Positions 55,632 to 63,384 of a DNA stretch of 64,000 nt are shown here, piece by piece. Position 1 is the first letter of the stretch; each line of letters opens with the position of its first letter. A program made the translations under genes and the position numbers. Under the pieces are notes generated by a model. That model was not told the DNA's origin and made no database searches. It saw only the letters and a list, made by a program, of their open reading frames with translations. The stretch comes from a virus: the IMG/VR virus record IMGVR_UViG_3300017748_000001, positions 62,998 to 126,997 of that record; one strand, written 5' to 3'.

Positions 55632-56772
55632 TGGTGTTTTGCTCGTAGACAGTATTATATTGCCGAGTAGTTCGAATGAATGTACAACACTTGGACATAT
55701 TCTTGATATTCTTCGCACCGATATAACTACAGGTAGACCTCAGACCCCCCAGAATGTCCTGTAAGGTAGGTTCTATATCGCCCCTATACTTTATCAGTAC
55801 TTCTCTTCCTTCAGCGCTACGGTAGTTTTTGAGACCGCCATTGTGTGTTTCGTTTGCAGTCTTAGAACTCATTCCATAGAATGTGATATTCCCATCAACT
55901 ATTTCGGAATCTGGATCTAATCCCTGTTCATGACCAGACAACATTCCGCCTGCCATAACAAAGTCCGCTCCAGCACAAAAGGCCTTGGCGATATCAGCTG
56001 GAGTCCGGCATCCGCCATCCGCAATGATGTGACCGCCCAAACCGTGAGCAGCATCAGCACATTCTATGATTGCGGAAAGCTGGGGATACCCAACTCCAGT
56101 CTTAATTCTAGTCGTACATACAGAACCTGGCCCGATACCTACTTTAATGATATCTGCGCCTCGCAGTAAGAGTTCTCCGGTCTGATCTGCAGTCGCGACA
56201 TTCCCAGCGATGATAATCAAATGGGGAAATGTATTACGGATATCTTCTACATAGTCACCGAAACTTTCAGTGTATCCGTTTGCAACATCGATACAGACAT
56301 ACTTAATTTCTGTTTCAGAACACACTCGTTCTAACTTTTCTTTATCTTCTAGAGTCATGCCGATAGTCACTGCAACAGATTCTACAGTTTGTGAATTGTC
56401 TACAAAAAAGTTTATCAACTCTTCGGAACTATAACTCTTCTTGAGACAAGTAAATAATCCAAGATTCGAAAGGGTCAGTGCCATTGATAGAGTTCCGACT
56501 CCATCCATATTTGCAGCCATTATAGGAATACCAGAATAATCTCTGCGAGCAAGAGGTTTCTCATTCCAAGAGAAACTATCAAACCCATCAATTTCACCTA
56601 TGTTAATGAATTCTGGATATTCTGGCGGAGTTCTTAAATGTGCAGGCGGAGAATAATTGCGAAATTGATATTCTCTTTCTAGTTGTACTTCGCCGCGTGA
56701 GGTAAGTGTAGATCTTTTGGGGCGAATCAAAACATCATCGAAGTCATACTTTAATGCTTCTTCAATTATCAT
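55627..56772 (-). CDS. guaC: GMP reductase
   Basis: DVLIRPKRSTLTSR, PIMAANMD, CIDVANGY, KVGIGPGSVCTTRIKTGVGYPQLSAIIECADAAHGLGGHIIADGG, FYGMSS, YRSAEG, GGLRSTCSYIGA. Confidence 0.93.
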   Translation of the reverse strand: MIIEEALKYDFDDVLIRPKRSTLTSRGEVQLEREYQFRNYSPPAHLRTPPEYPEFINIGEIDGFDSFSWNEKPLARRDYSGIPIMAANMDGVGTLSMALTLSNLGLFTCLKKSYSSEELINFFVDNSQTVESVAVTIGMTLEDKEKLERVCSETEIKYVCIDVANGYTESFGDYVEDIRNTFPHLIIIAGNVATADQTGELLLRGADIIKVGIGPGSVCTTRIKTGVGYPQLSAIIECADAAHGLGGHIIADGGCRTPADIAKAFCAGADFVMAGGMLSGHEQGLDPDSEIVDGNITFYGMSSKTANETHNGGLKNYRSAEGREVLIKYRGDIEPTLQDILGGLRSTCSYIGAKNIKNMSKCCTFIRTTRQYNTVYEQNTI

Positions 56773-57026
56773 TCAACATTTTCCTTATTAGCGGAAGGGA
56801 GATTATGAGATTCTAGAAAAGTATTCCATAACCTATCAAATCTCATTTCATACAACTCTTTTAGGCCCAGTAACTTGTTTGCAAGAACATCTTCTGTTTC
56901 CGGTGGCATTGTAAATTTTGGATTGTCTAGAACATATTCCATCAGCATATTGATATCATCTACTATGTACCAACACTGATGGATATCTTGTTCTAGGTCA
57001 AATCGATCTTTACTTTTCTTCGTCAT
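56769..57026 (-). CDS. Hypothetical protein
   Basis: DRFDLEQDIHQCW.IVDDI; stop overlaps the guaC start. Confidence 0.7.
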   Translation of the reverse strand: MTKKSKDRFDLEQDIHQCWYIVDDINMLMEYVLDNPKFTMPPETEDVLANKLLGLKELYEMRFDRLWNTFLESHNLPSANKENVE

Positions 57027-57177
57027 CTTGTTCTCTATAGTCTTCTATATTGAAGACATTATTTTCTTTGCGATTGCCGCGGTTTTTTGCGACCAAATCT
57101 AATGCCATTTTTATCAACTGGAGTTCTTCTTCGGTCATTTCTAGACCTTCATACTTTCCATCATCATCGTCAGACAT
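57010..57177 (-). CDS. Acidic hypothetical protein (55 aa)
   Basis: MSDDDDGKYEGLEMTEEELQLIKMALDL...EEK*; TAGGA RBS. Not in the ORF track. Confidence 0.6.
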   Translation of the reverse strand: MSDDDDGKYEGLEMTEEELQLIKMALDLVAKNRGNRKENNVFNIEDYREQDDEEK

Positions 57178-57201
57178 TGAATTTCCTATATATTAATAAG
57201 T

Positions 57202-57318
57202 GCGACAATGTGGGATCAAGAGCGTTGATGAGGGAGAGAGGAATTCTCTATCACCCACACTTGTCGCGGTCTTTCGGCAACCAACCCTATACCATTATTT
57301 TAGAACTGGAAGGTATAG
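57202..57318 (-). ncRNA. Candidate structured leader RNA (three-way junction plus upstream hairpin)
   Basis: 13-bp stem GCGACAA(G)TGTGGG/CCCACATTGTCGC enclosing two small hairpins; CTATACC/GGTATAG stem upstream. Confidence 0.4.
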
Positions 57319-57386
57319 ATTCACAGCCACCTCGTTCATATTAAACACTTCAAAAGAAATAGAGGTTTTTTCATTTCTTGAGATAC

Positions 57387-57415
57387 ACTATACAGATTTA
57401 ATCTATACTTGTCAA
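57387..57415 (-). promoter_or_regulatory. Sigma70-type promoter
   Basis: TTGACA-17 nt-TATAGT. Confidence 0.8.
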
Positions 57416-57421
57416 GTTTTT

Positions 57422-57898
57422 TTACCAGTGATTTAGCGGAGACCATGCATCGCATAATAAATTGTAATGGTTTTCGTTTTTCGAATGGATTATTTTAGAT
57501 ACGGCGTACAACAACCAGACTCCAAACATTTCATTGAGTTCTTTCCCGATTTTCAAGAGAGTCGGACAATGCATTTCGTATGCTTCGTATCCGGTCTTAT
57601 ATGTCTTATCGTCTCTCTCAATGATTCGGAAGATTACTTGGATTTGGTTTACTTGTCTAGTGATGTCAAAGACATCTTCGATCTCGCCAGTTGAATTGAA
57701 GTCGCCATTGGAATTCACCCACACAGGTTCATAAGTTACTTTCACGATATATTTGTCGGCGACATTTCTAGGAATTCTTTCTATTTTAACTTTAGGATCG
57801 TCAAAGAAAACATTATCCGCACTCATAAGCGTTCGCATCGTCAAATGCGAAGAGTTGTTTCCGGTATCTTTCTTTTTGGAGCCTTGTTCGTTTTCCAT
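57422..57898 (-). CDS. Hypothetical protein
   Basis: AAGGA RBS, 158-aa co-oriented ORF. Confidence 0.65.
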   Translation of the reverse strand: MENEQGSKKKDTGNNSSHLTMRTLMSADNVFFDDPKVKIERIPRNVADKYIVKVTYEPVWVNSNGDFNSTGEIEDVFDITRQVNQIQVIFRIIERDDKTYKTGYEAYEMHCPTLLKIGKELNEMFGVWLLYAVSKIIHSKNENHYNLLCDAWSPLNHW

Positions 57899-57947
57899 AA
57901 TAGATTCCTTATACTATTAATTTATAATCAATGAATATTTAGAATCT

Positions 57948-58091
57948 CTATTTGGGTGGGGTTTTGGTTGGTTCGGCGCACTGTCTACATATTGTACCAT
58001 GTATTGGGCCGAGTTGTGAATAATGCGTGATAACGAAGAGATCTACATCTTTTAATTCCTCACACCTTTTACACTTTCGTAATATGATCAC
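57948..58091 (-). CDS. Small zinc-finger protein (47 aa)
   Basis: GGAG RBS plus GTG start after tRNA-Thr; CKRC...CRQC. Confidence 0.55.
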   Translation of the reverse strand: MIILRKCKRCEELKDVDLFVITHYSQLGPIHGTICRQCAEPTKTPPK

Positions 58092-58106
58092 GGAATCTCC
58101 GAAATT

Positions 58107-58182
58107 TGGTGCCGGTTGAGAGAATCGAACTCCCGACCTTCTCATTACAAGTGAGTTGCTCTACCTGCTGAGCTAAACCGGC
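58107..58182 (-). tRNA. trnT: tRNA-Thr(TGT)
   Basis: GCCGGTT acceptor, CTTGTAA anticodon loop, TTCGATT T-loop, CCA; A27.A43 mismatch at the top of the anticodon stem. Confidence 0.95.
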
Positions 58183-58188
58183 AAAGAG

Positions 58189-58355
58189 GGTAGAGGCGGA
58201 TGGGAATCCAACCCATCGGAAAACTTGTCGTATCCTATCCTCAGTGCGTAGTACAGGAACCGCGTTGCCCACACGATTAATGCCATCTCTGAAGTACTAG
58301 GGGGCAATTGACTCAGGCTCTCTATAGAGCATTTCCTCAAATCGCAGACGCCTCA
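58189..58355 (-). ncRNA. tRNA-like / tmRNA-TLD-like RNA of about 167 nt
   Basis: Acceptor TGAGGCG/CGCCTCT, D-like loop TCTGCGATTTGA, GGAAA/TTTCC helix, T-arm GATGGG-TTGGATT-CCCATC, 3' ACC. Confidence 0.6.
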
Positions 58356-58360
58356 TTATT

Positions 58361-58582
58361 CTATATTTTTTTCCAATCCTTTATTGTAGAAACTCGTATA
58401 TCTTGATACTGTTTAGTTTCTGTATTTTGTACCACAATAACATCACTAGTAGAATTCTGATGCATCGGTTTACCTTTCATGGTTCCGATCACAGACTCCG
58501 TTCTACCAGAGTTGACAGTTTTGTAAGTGATTTTTGCTGTGCCCAAACTAAGGGTCTTCAACAGGTTTTCAATTGTATCCAT
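58361..58582 (-). CDS. Small beta-barrel (SH3/WYL-like) hypothetical protein
   Basis: AKITYKTVNSGRT..GT..IVVQ..QYQDIRVSTI pattern; GAGAG RBS. Confidence 0.6.
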   Translation of the reverse strand: MDTIENLLKTLSLGTAKITYKTVNSGRTESVIGTMKGKPMHQNSTSDVIVVQNTETKQYQDIRVSTIKDWKKI

Positions 58583-58598
58583 TACAAAAGTCTCTCTT

Positions 58599-58673
58599 TG
58601 GAGCGGGTACTGAGAATCGAACTCAGATGATCAGCTTGGAAGGCTGACGTAATAGCCTTTATACGATACCCGC
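58599..58673 (-). tRNA. trnG: tRNA-Gly(TCC)
   Basis: GCGGGTA acceptor, TCAGC-CTTCCAA-GCTGA anticodon arm, CCA. Confidence 0.96.
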
Positions 58674-58699
58674 AAAAACTCATAACAAAAAGAGCAGTT

Positions 58700-58860
58700 T
58701 TATCCTAGATGACTTACTCAGGTCATCCTCAACACTCAGACGATTGTTACCTCTAGGGATCTCCTTAATAAAACGGAGAACGGAAAGTCTAGCCTAGTAA
58801 GTGGAGTCTGCAGTACTCCATACAATCACTGGTTGAGTATTCGACTCTATCGTCGATTCT
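58700..58860 (-). ncRNA. Candidate structured RNA at the 5' end of the late tRNA operon
   Basis: Nested long-range helices CTCAAC/GTTGAG and TGATTGT/ACAATCG plus four local hairpins; no credible ORF. Confidence 0.5.
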
Positions 58861-58866
58861 GTATAT

Positions 58867-58874
58867 TATTTATA
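58867..58874 (-). promoter_or_regulatory. T4 late promoter TATAAATA
   Basis: Exact consensus directly upstream of the structured region. Confidence 0.75.
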
Positions 58875-59069
58875 CTAGTTTTCCTCATCATTTTTAAAAA
58901 ATTGATAATATAAAACAACATCTCTTTTGTTGTGTTTCAACTCATACTTCAGAGTTAAATTTTTTCTCTTAGCATATCGCTGAAGTTCAAATACACGATG
59001 AGCCCGTTCTGGTTTAGAATCAAAAATTTCAAAACATTGCCAGATCATCTTACTTTTTGTCCCAATCAA
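58875..59069 (-). CDS. Hypothetical protein
   Basis: Co-oriented, overlaps the upstream gene end. Confidence 0.55.
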   Translation of the reverse strand: MIGTKSKMIWQCFEIFDSKPERAHRVFELQRYAKRKNLTLKYELKHNKRDVVLYYQFFKNDEEN

Positions 59070-59313
59070 TTTCTGTATCCATTGCGTAAGTAATTGCTTC
59101 TCGTAATTCTGGGAATATCTTATTCATTGCAGCGATATAGACTTCTGCAGCTTCACGATCCAGTTCATGTTTCCCGTATATCCGTTCCTTTATGGAATGA
59201 ATATAACGAAGAAAAGATTCATACTTCTCTTCTTCTATCCGTTTTTCTTCTTCTGACAAATCTTCGTCTGTCTTTGGCTTATCGCCGCTGGGGAAATCTA
59301 TAATATCCCCCAT
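59050..59313 (-). CDS. Hypothetical protein
   Basis: MGDIIDFPS start typical of small phage proteins. Confidence 0.6.
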   Translation of the reverse strand: MGDIIDFPSGDKPKTDEDLSEEEKRIEEEKYESFLRYIHSIKERIYGKHELDREAAEVYIAAMNKIFPELREAITYAMDTEIDWDKK

Positions 59314-59315
59314 GA

Positions 59316-59570
59316 TTATTGTCCGTAATAAAGAGAATCCGCAAGTTCGATCAGAGTTTTGTTCTCTGAAGAGGTAAGATTGCATATGCGGTAAAGCGTG
59401 TTATCTTCCTTGTTCCAATCATAGATGGCAACCCAAGTCCCACTAGGCCCGCGAGATGATCCAGCAATAATTTCTGAACCATCTACGGTTTCGTATACCT
59501 TCAGTTTAGTGACTGTAAGGGGGTTAACAAAGTGTCCAGCGGAAATTGTTTCCATTACGAATACTCCCAT
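59316..59570 (-). CDS. Hypothetical protein
   Basis: Co-oriented small ORF. Confidence 0.55.
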   Translation of the reverse strand: MGVFVMETISAGHFVNPLTVTKLKVYETVDGSEIIAGSSRGPSGTWVAIYDWNKEDNTLYRICNLTSSENKTLIELADSLYYGQ

Positions 59571-59767
59571 CCTAACCCATGATTCAAGTCTAAAGTGCAG
59601 TATTCCATCTCCGGAATCTCTTCTCTTAGTTCTCGTTTATTCCAAAAAGAAATTAAGTTCTTATTACAAGAATGTATATTTTCCTTGTAATAAAATTCAC
59701 CACCAAATTCTTTGCCTTCTGACTTTAGAGTTTCTAATTCTTTGCGGAGATATTCTCTAGTAAACAT
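59555..59767 (-). CDS. Hypothetical protein
   Basis: GAGG RBS; start abuts the upstream stop. Confidence 0.55.
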   Translation of the reverse strand: MFTREYLRKELETLKSEGKEFGGEFYYKENIHSCNKNLISFWNKRELREEIPEMEYCTLDLNHGLGWEYS

Positions 59768-60033
59768 TATGCTGCCTCTCGTTGTTCCAAAACGATGTCG
59801 CGAACCCACTCGCGGTCTACGGTGTCGCCTTCGAACTCATGTTCTTGATGACGAATCATTCGTTCCGCATAACCAGCGACAACTTCTTCCCTAGTGAACT
59901 GCATTTCGGGATAAAGTTCAGACTCTGGGCTGTAAAAATCAAGAACGTACTCGATAAATTCTTCCAGTTTTTGGTCTTGTTTGCCAGAAATGGCAAAAAG
60001 TTCCAGTTGAGTTCCTTTAGATGACTTAATCAC
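59767..60033 (-). CDS. Hypothetical acidic protein
   Basis: Start abuts the upstream stop. Confidence 0.6.
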   Translation of the reverse strand: MIKSSKGTQLELFAISGKQDQKLEEFIEYVLDFYSPESELYPEMQFTREEVVAGYAERMIRHQEHEFEGDTVDREWVRDIVLEQREAA

Positions 60034-60269
60034 TACGCAATCTCCACAACTTCTTCTGCATAAACGGGCAAAGTCGTTCCAACCGGACGAATTTTACCCA
60101 TGACGTTGACTTCTTTTGCCAACTCGACTTCAAGTTCGATCTTTCCGCCGTGACATTCTCGGCGACCAACCACCGTTCCTTCTATCAGGAACTCCCCAAT
60201 ATACATTGCGGTGGCTGTTTTGCCGACAGCGGTTCCCCAAGGAGTTAATTTTTCTTCGACAACAGTCAT
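60033..60269 (-). CDS. Hypothetical early protein
   Basis: First gene after a consensus promoter; AAGGA/GAGAG RBS. Confidence 0.6.
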   Translation of the reverse strand: MTVVEEKLTPWGTAVGKTATAMYIGEFLIEGTVVGRRECHGGKIELEVELAKEVNVMGKIRPVGTTLPVYAEEVVEIA

Positions 60270-60308
60270 TTTTCTCTCTTTCCTTACAATCTCATCAAGT
60301 GAACCACT

Positions 60309-60337
60309 ATTATAGGGTATATTGGGGATGTTGTCAA
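60309..60337 (-). promoter_or_regulatory. Perfect-consensus sigma70 promoter
   Basis: TTGACA-17 nt-TATAAT. Confidence 0.88.
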
Positions 60338-60381
60338 CTATATTTAATCAAATATAGTAACTTTTTTTAGATTATTCTGGT

Positions 60382-60558
60382 CTAAGACTCTTCTTCCTCA
60401 TAACCATCGGGTCTATGATACTTAGTTTTGTCTCTGTGCGTCTTTGCAGTCGCACCAAATTGTGCTGCGTACTTCGCAACATAGTTGTTTAGGGGATTTT
60501 TTGCAGGATCTTCGGAAGTTTTTCCGATAGTTACTCTGCTTCTTCTGCGTCTAGCCAT
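60382..60558 (-). CDS. Small basic hypothetical protein
   Basis: MARRRRSR..NYVAKYA..THRDKTKY.R motif. Confidence 0.6.
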   Translation of the reverse strand: MARRRRSRVTIGKTSEDPAKNPLNNYVAKYAAQFGATAKTHRDKTKYHRPDGYEEEES

Positions 60559-60571
60559 GTCATTTCTCGTT

Positions 60572-60817
60572 TTAATTAATTTGCGAAGACACTTTTTCAT
60601 TATTTTTCTTATTCTCTCTTCGGTCAAGTTTATCTGCGGCAATTGAAGAGATTAACATCTCTCGTAATTCTTCAACAGACCAAGTTTCGGTATCAAATTC
60701 GCGTTCTTTCGCAAGAGATATGACATTTCCATCCGACATTCCTCTAATCCAGTCGCTAGTGGACTTGATTGCCTCGTACCTTGACAGATTTTCATCTAAA
60801 AAGTCTTGATATGTCAT
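60572..60817 (-). CDS. Hypothetical protein
   Basis: ATG at 60817 overlaps the upstream TGA. Confidence 0.6.
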   Translation of the reverse strand: MTYQDFLDENLSRYEAIKSTSDWIRGMSDGNVISLAKEREFDTETWSVEELREMLISSIAADKLDRRENKKNNEKVSSQIN

Positions 60818-60972
60818 ACAAATGCCGTGATGAGCAGCGTGACTGCGACTCCAGTGAAGAAACTCACCCAAGAAAGTTCGTATTCGTCCAAATTTAATTT
60901 TTCCATAAACCTATCGAAGAGTTGTTTGTGTGCTTCGATAAGATTTCTCACTGCTTTCATAATATCAGCCAT
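60814..60972 (-). CDS. 52-aa protein with C-terminal TM helix
   Basis: MADIMKAVRNLIEAHKQLFDRFMEKLNLDEYELSWVSFFTGVAVTLLITAFV*. Not in the ORF track. Confidence 0.6.
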   Translation of the reverse strand: MADIMKAVRNLIEAHKQLFDRFMEKLNLDEYELSWVSFFTGVAVTLLITAFV

Positions 60973-61054
60973 TTCTTGGATCCCTCGCTTGTTGTTTAAG
61001 TTGCTCTAAGTACTCCTTAGAGGGCTGTGGTTGATGTTGTTGTGGTTGTGCCAT
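60965..61054 (-). CDS. 29-aa Gln/Pro-rich peptide
   Basis: AGGAG RBS; MAQPQQHQPQPSKEYLEQLKQQARDPRNG*; stop overlaps the next start. Confidence 0.55.
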   Translation of the reverse strand: MAQPQQHQPQPSKEYLEQLKQQARDPRNG

Positions 61055-61063
61055 GTTACTCTC

Positions 61064-62122
61064 CTAAACGTAACTAAAGTCTCCCATTATCCTAGTTGGA
61101 TATCCATCAGTTCCCTGAGAATCGCGGATATTCATTTTGATAACATATTTCGGAGTTTTCACTTCGATATCGACTCGTTTACCAGTTCCGGTTTTGCCTC
61201 CATAGAATACATTCACGCCTTGTATCTGTGTTGCATTATTAAGATATGGAAGATCTACCGTGTATGTTTTGATTCCTGACGATACTTTATGTACCACACA
61301 ATAACCATAACCAATTCCGGATCTTAAGAATTCTCGTAGTTTTATTTTATCTGCTCTTCCTACTTCTCGTTTCCCTGTATACCCACCATTAAAAGGCTTA
61401 CAAAATTCTTCTGGATCTAATCCCAACATATTCAAGAGTTTCAATCCATCCGCATTTTCTACAATTCCGTTCTCTATTTCTTTGCGAGTAAGAATTGTCT
61501 TCACTCCTATATTAAAAAATGTCACTGTGTTCTTTAACTTTAAACTCAGATAAGCGATATCTCTTTGTCCGGACTTGATGGTCAAATCCGTGACCGCCTT
61601 CCCTATATCCAGACCACTTGTAGGCGAAGATATAATCGGAGTGTTTCCTCTAAAGATCAATGGGCGTCGAGTGTTTGCTGCACCCTCTTCCATAATCTTT
61701 AGATCTTTCAGTGAATCTAGTTTATACGCCCTTCGAAGATAGTCAATAGATTTTTGAGTCTGCACATCAGAAATTTTTTCTCCTCGCCAGAACGATCTAA
61801 CATCTTCCGCATATAGACCTTCGAAAAGATTTCCTCTATTGTTGGTTCCTCTATTTCCTCGACTTCCTTCTCCCATAGAAAGTTTAACATTCTTGAGGTT
61901 TAGGTTTCGTTTGATTCTATCTAATTGAACAGTTCCAGTTAAAGCTCGAGTCACTTTAATATTTTTCTTTTCTGCAGATTTCCTAGACAATGCAATAGGC
62001 TTCTTAACTCTAGGATAAGTAGTCGTTAAGAAGTCAAACACAGAGACATACTCCGGATCTGATAAAAAGTTTCTATCTTTCAAAATTTCTTCTTTTCTTT
62101 CCGGTATAAAGTCGTAAGCCAT
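61064..62122 (-). CDS. Putative PD-(D/E)xK restriction-endonuclease-like protein
   Basis: GNLFE helix, KAVTDLTI..IAYLSLK catalytic-like motif, KRVDIEV..MNIRDSQG..YPTRIMGDF; AAGGGG RBS before the ATG at 62122. Confidence 0.5.
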   Translation of the reverse strand: MAYDFIPERKEEILKDRNFLSDPEYVSVFDFLTTTYPRVKKPIALSRKSAEKKNIKVTRALTGTVQLDRIKRNLNLKNVKLSMGEGSRGNRGTNNRGNLFEGLYAEDVRSFWRGEKISDVQTQKSIDYLRRAYKLDSLKDLKIMEEGAANTRRPLIFRGNTPIISSPTSGLDIGKAVTDLTIKSGQRDIAYLSLKLKNTVTFFNIGVKTILTRKEIENGIVENADGLKLLNMLGLDPEEFCKPFNGGYTGKREVGRADKIKLREFLRSGIGYGYCVVHKVSSGIKTYTVDLPYLNNATQIQGVNVFYGGKTGTGKRVDIEVKTPKYVIKMNIRDSQGTDGYPTRIMGDFSYV

Positions 62123-62174
62123 TTCGTTCCCCTTTCTCAGAGAACTATTTAGGAGAAACGCGCTGGTTTCCCCG

Positions 62175-62426
62175 CTAATTTTCTTGGCCCTCAGGAGTAG
62201 ACCTTCTTGCATTCCGTTCCTCATCAGACTCGGAGTCTTTCTCTAAGATATCATCAACCATCCCAATGACATCATGCAGAGTCGCAGTGGATGCAGAGAG
62301 TCTCGCAAGAAAATCTTTATTCTGAACACCTTCGTCCAGAAAACTCTGAGCAAAATCTAATTCCTCTAGAAGAGTCTTTCGCATTCCACCCAGAGAGTCT
62401 CTGTAGTATTTAACGTCCTGTGACAT
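62175..62426 (-). CDS. Hypothetical helical protein
   Basis: GGAGG RBS before the ATG at 62426. Confidence 0.6.
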   Translation of the reverse strand: MSQDVKYYRDSLGGMRKTLLEELDFAQSFLDEGVQNKDFLARLSASTATLHDVIGMVDDILEKDSESDEERNARRSTPEGQEN

Positions 62427-62643
62427 AATCACCTCCCGCGCGAGTTGCAATCTCAGACATCTTCACCTGATATTCTGCGTGAACATCTAGAAGCTTCAGA
62501 ACGTGTGCGTAAGCAATCTTCTGTCCGCTCAACTGAGAAATCTGAGGAATCCCTTCAAGAGAATCTTCGATTGCGCGAAGTCGCTTTTCGATTGTTAGAA
62601 GTTGTTCTAGAACTTCCGACTTGATCATTGCTAAACTATCCAT
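62410..62643 (-). CDS. Hypothetical coiled-coil protein
   Basis: GGAG-6 nt-ATG inside the 24-bp repeat. Confidence 0.6.
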   Translation of the reverse strand: MDSLAMIKSEVLEQLLTIEKRLRAIEDSLEGIPQISQLSGQKIAYAHVLKLLDVHAEYQVKMSEIATRAGGDYVTGR

Positions 62644-62655
62644 ACTTTTCTCCAA
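62632..62655. repeat. 24-bp direct repeat, copy 1
   Basis: taaactatccatacttttctccaa, identical to 63909-63932. Confidence 0.95.
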
Positions 62656-63384
62656 TTAAATTCCTAAAGGATTGGCATTCTCAATCCGATCTTTTGCAAT
62701 ATTAAAATACTTCTCTTCCATTTCAATCCCAATAAAGTTGCGTTGGGTGTTCATACACGCAACCCCAGTAGTACCACTGCCCATAGTGTTATCAAGAACT
62801 GTATCACCTTCATTAGAATATGTTTTGATAAAATACTCCATCATCTCAATGGGTTTTTGTGTTGGGTGATAACCCTTCTCTTGCTTCCATCGTTGTACAG
62901 TCTTTGGATATCGAGACCCATCCGGATTGTCACGATGTTTAGACTTTGCACTGCCGTAGACTTCGCCAATCTTAGATTTTTCTGAAGAGAATCCACTGTA
63001 TGGTGTACTGTACCACATTTGCGGATTGTATGTAGGTTTATCTCTATAAAACACCAAAACATTTTCATGAGACTTTAAAGGCATGATCTTGGCATTCATT
63101 GGGTTAGTTCCCTGAGGCTTCTCCCATATCCACTCATACTTTAAGTTCTCAATATTTGATGCAGCCAACACAGTTGTAAACGGTTGTTGAGAAGTGAATA
63201 CCATAGCGGCATTCTTTTTACATACACGATTATACTGATCCCACAACTGATCAAGTGGAATAATAGTGTCCCACTTACAGGCAGTAGTGCCGTATGGCAG
63301 ATCTACCAATAACATATCAACGGAGTTATCATCGATCTCCGGCAAAACATCCAAACAATTTCCTATGCGTAAATCTCTTTCCAT
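62656..63384 (-). CDS. DNA N6-A/N4-C methyltransferase (beta class)
   Basis: Motif IV variant DLPYG, WIWEK, HENVLVF, HPTQKP, motif I LDNTMGSGTTG, FIGIE. Confidence 0.92.
   Translation of the reverse strand: MERDLRIGNCLDVLPEIDDNSVDMLLVDLPYGTTACKWDTIIPLDQLWDQYNRVCKKNAAMVFTSQQPFTTVLAASNIENLKYEWIWEKPQGTNPMNAKIMPLKSHENVLVFYRDKPTYNPQMWYSTPYSGFSSEKSKIGEVYGSAKSKHRDNPDGSRYPKTVQRWKQEKGYHPTQKPIEMMEYFIKTYSNEGDTVLDNTMGSGTTGVACMNTQRNFIGIEMEEKYFNIAKDRIENANPLGI

Noticed and set aside
57948-58272. ORF-track 65-aa and 67-aa ORFs across tRNA-Thr
   Set aside because: They run through a canonical tRNA; only the 47-aa portion after the tRNA (GTG 58091) has an RBS.
58189-58290. tRNA-Sec or an ordinary tRNA
   Set aside because: An 8/5 fold can be drawn, but there is no UCA or any canonical 7-nt anticodon loop, and the T-loop is TTGGATT; kept only as a tRNA-like RNA.
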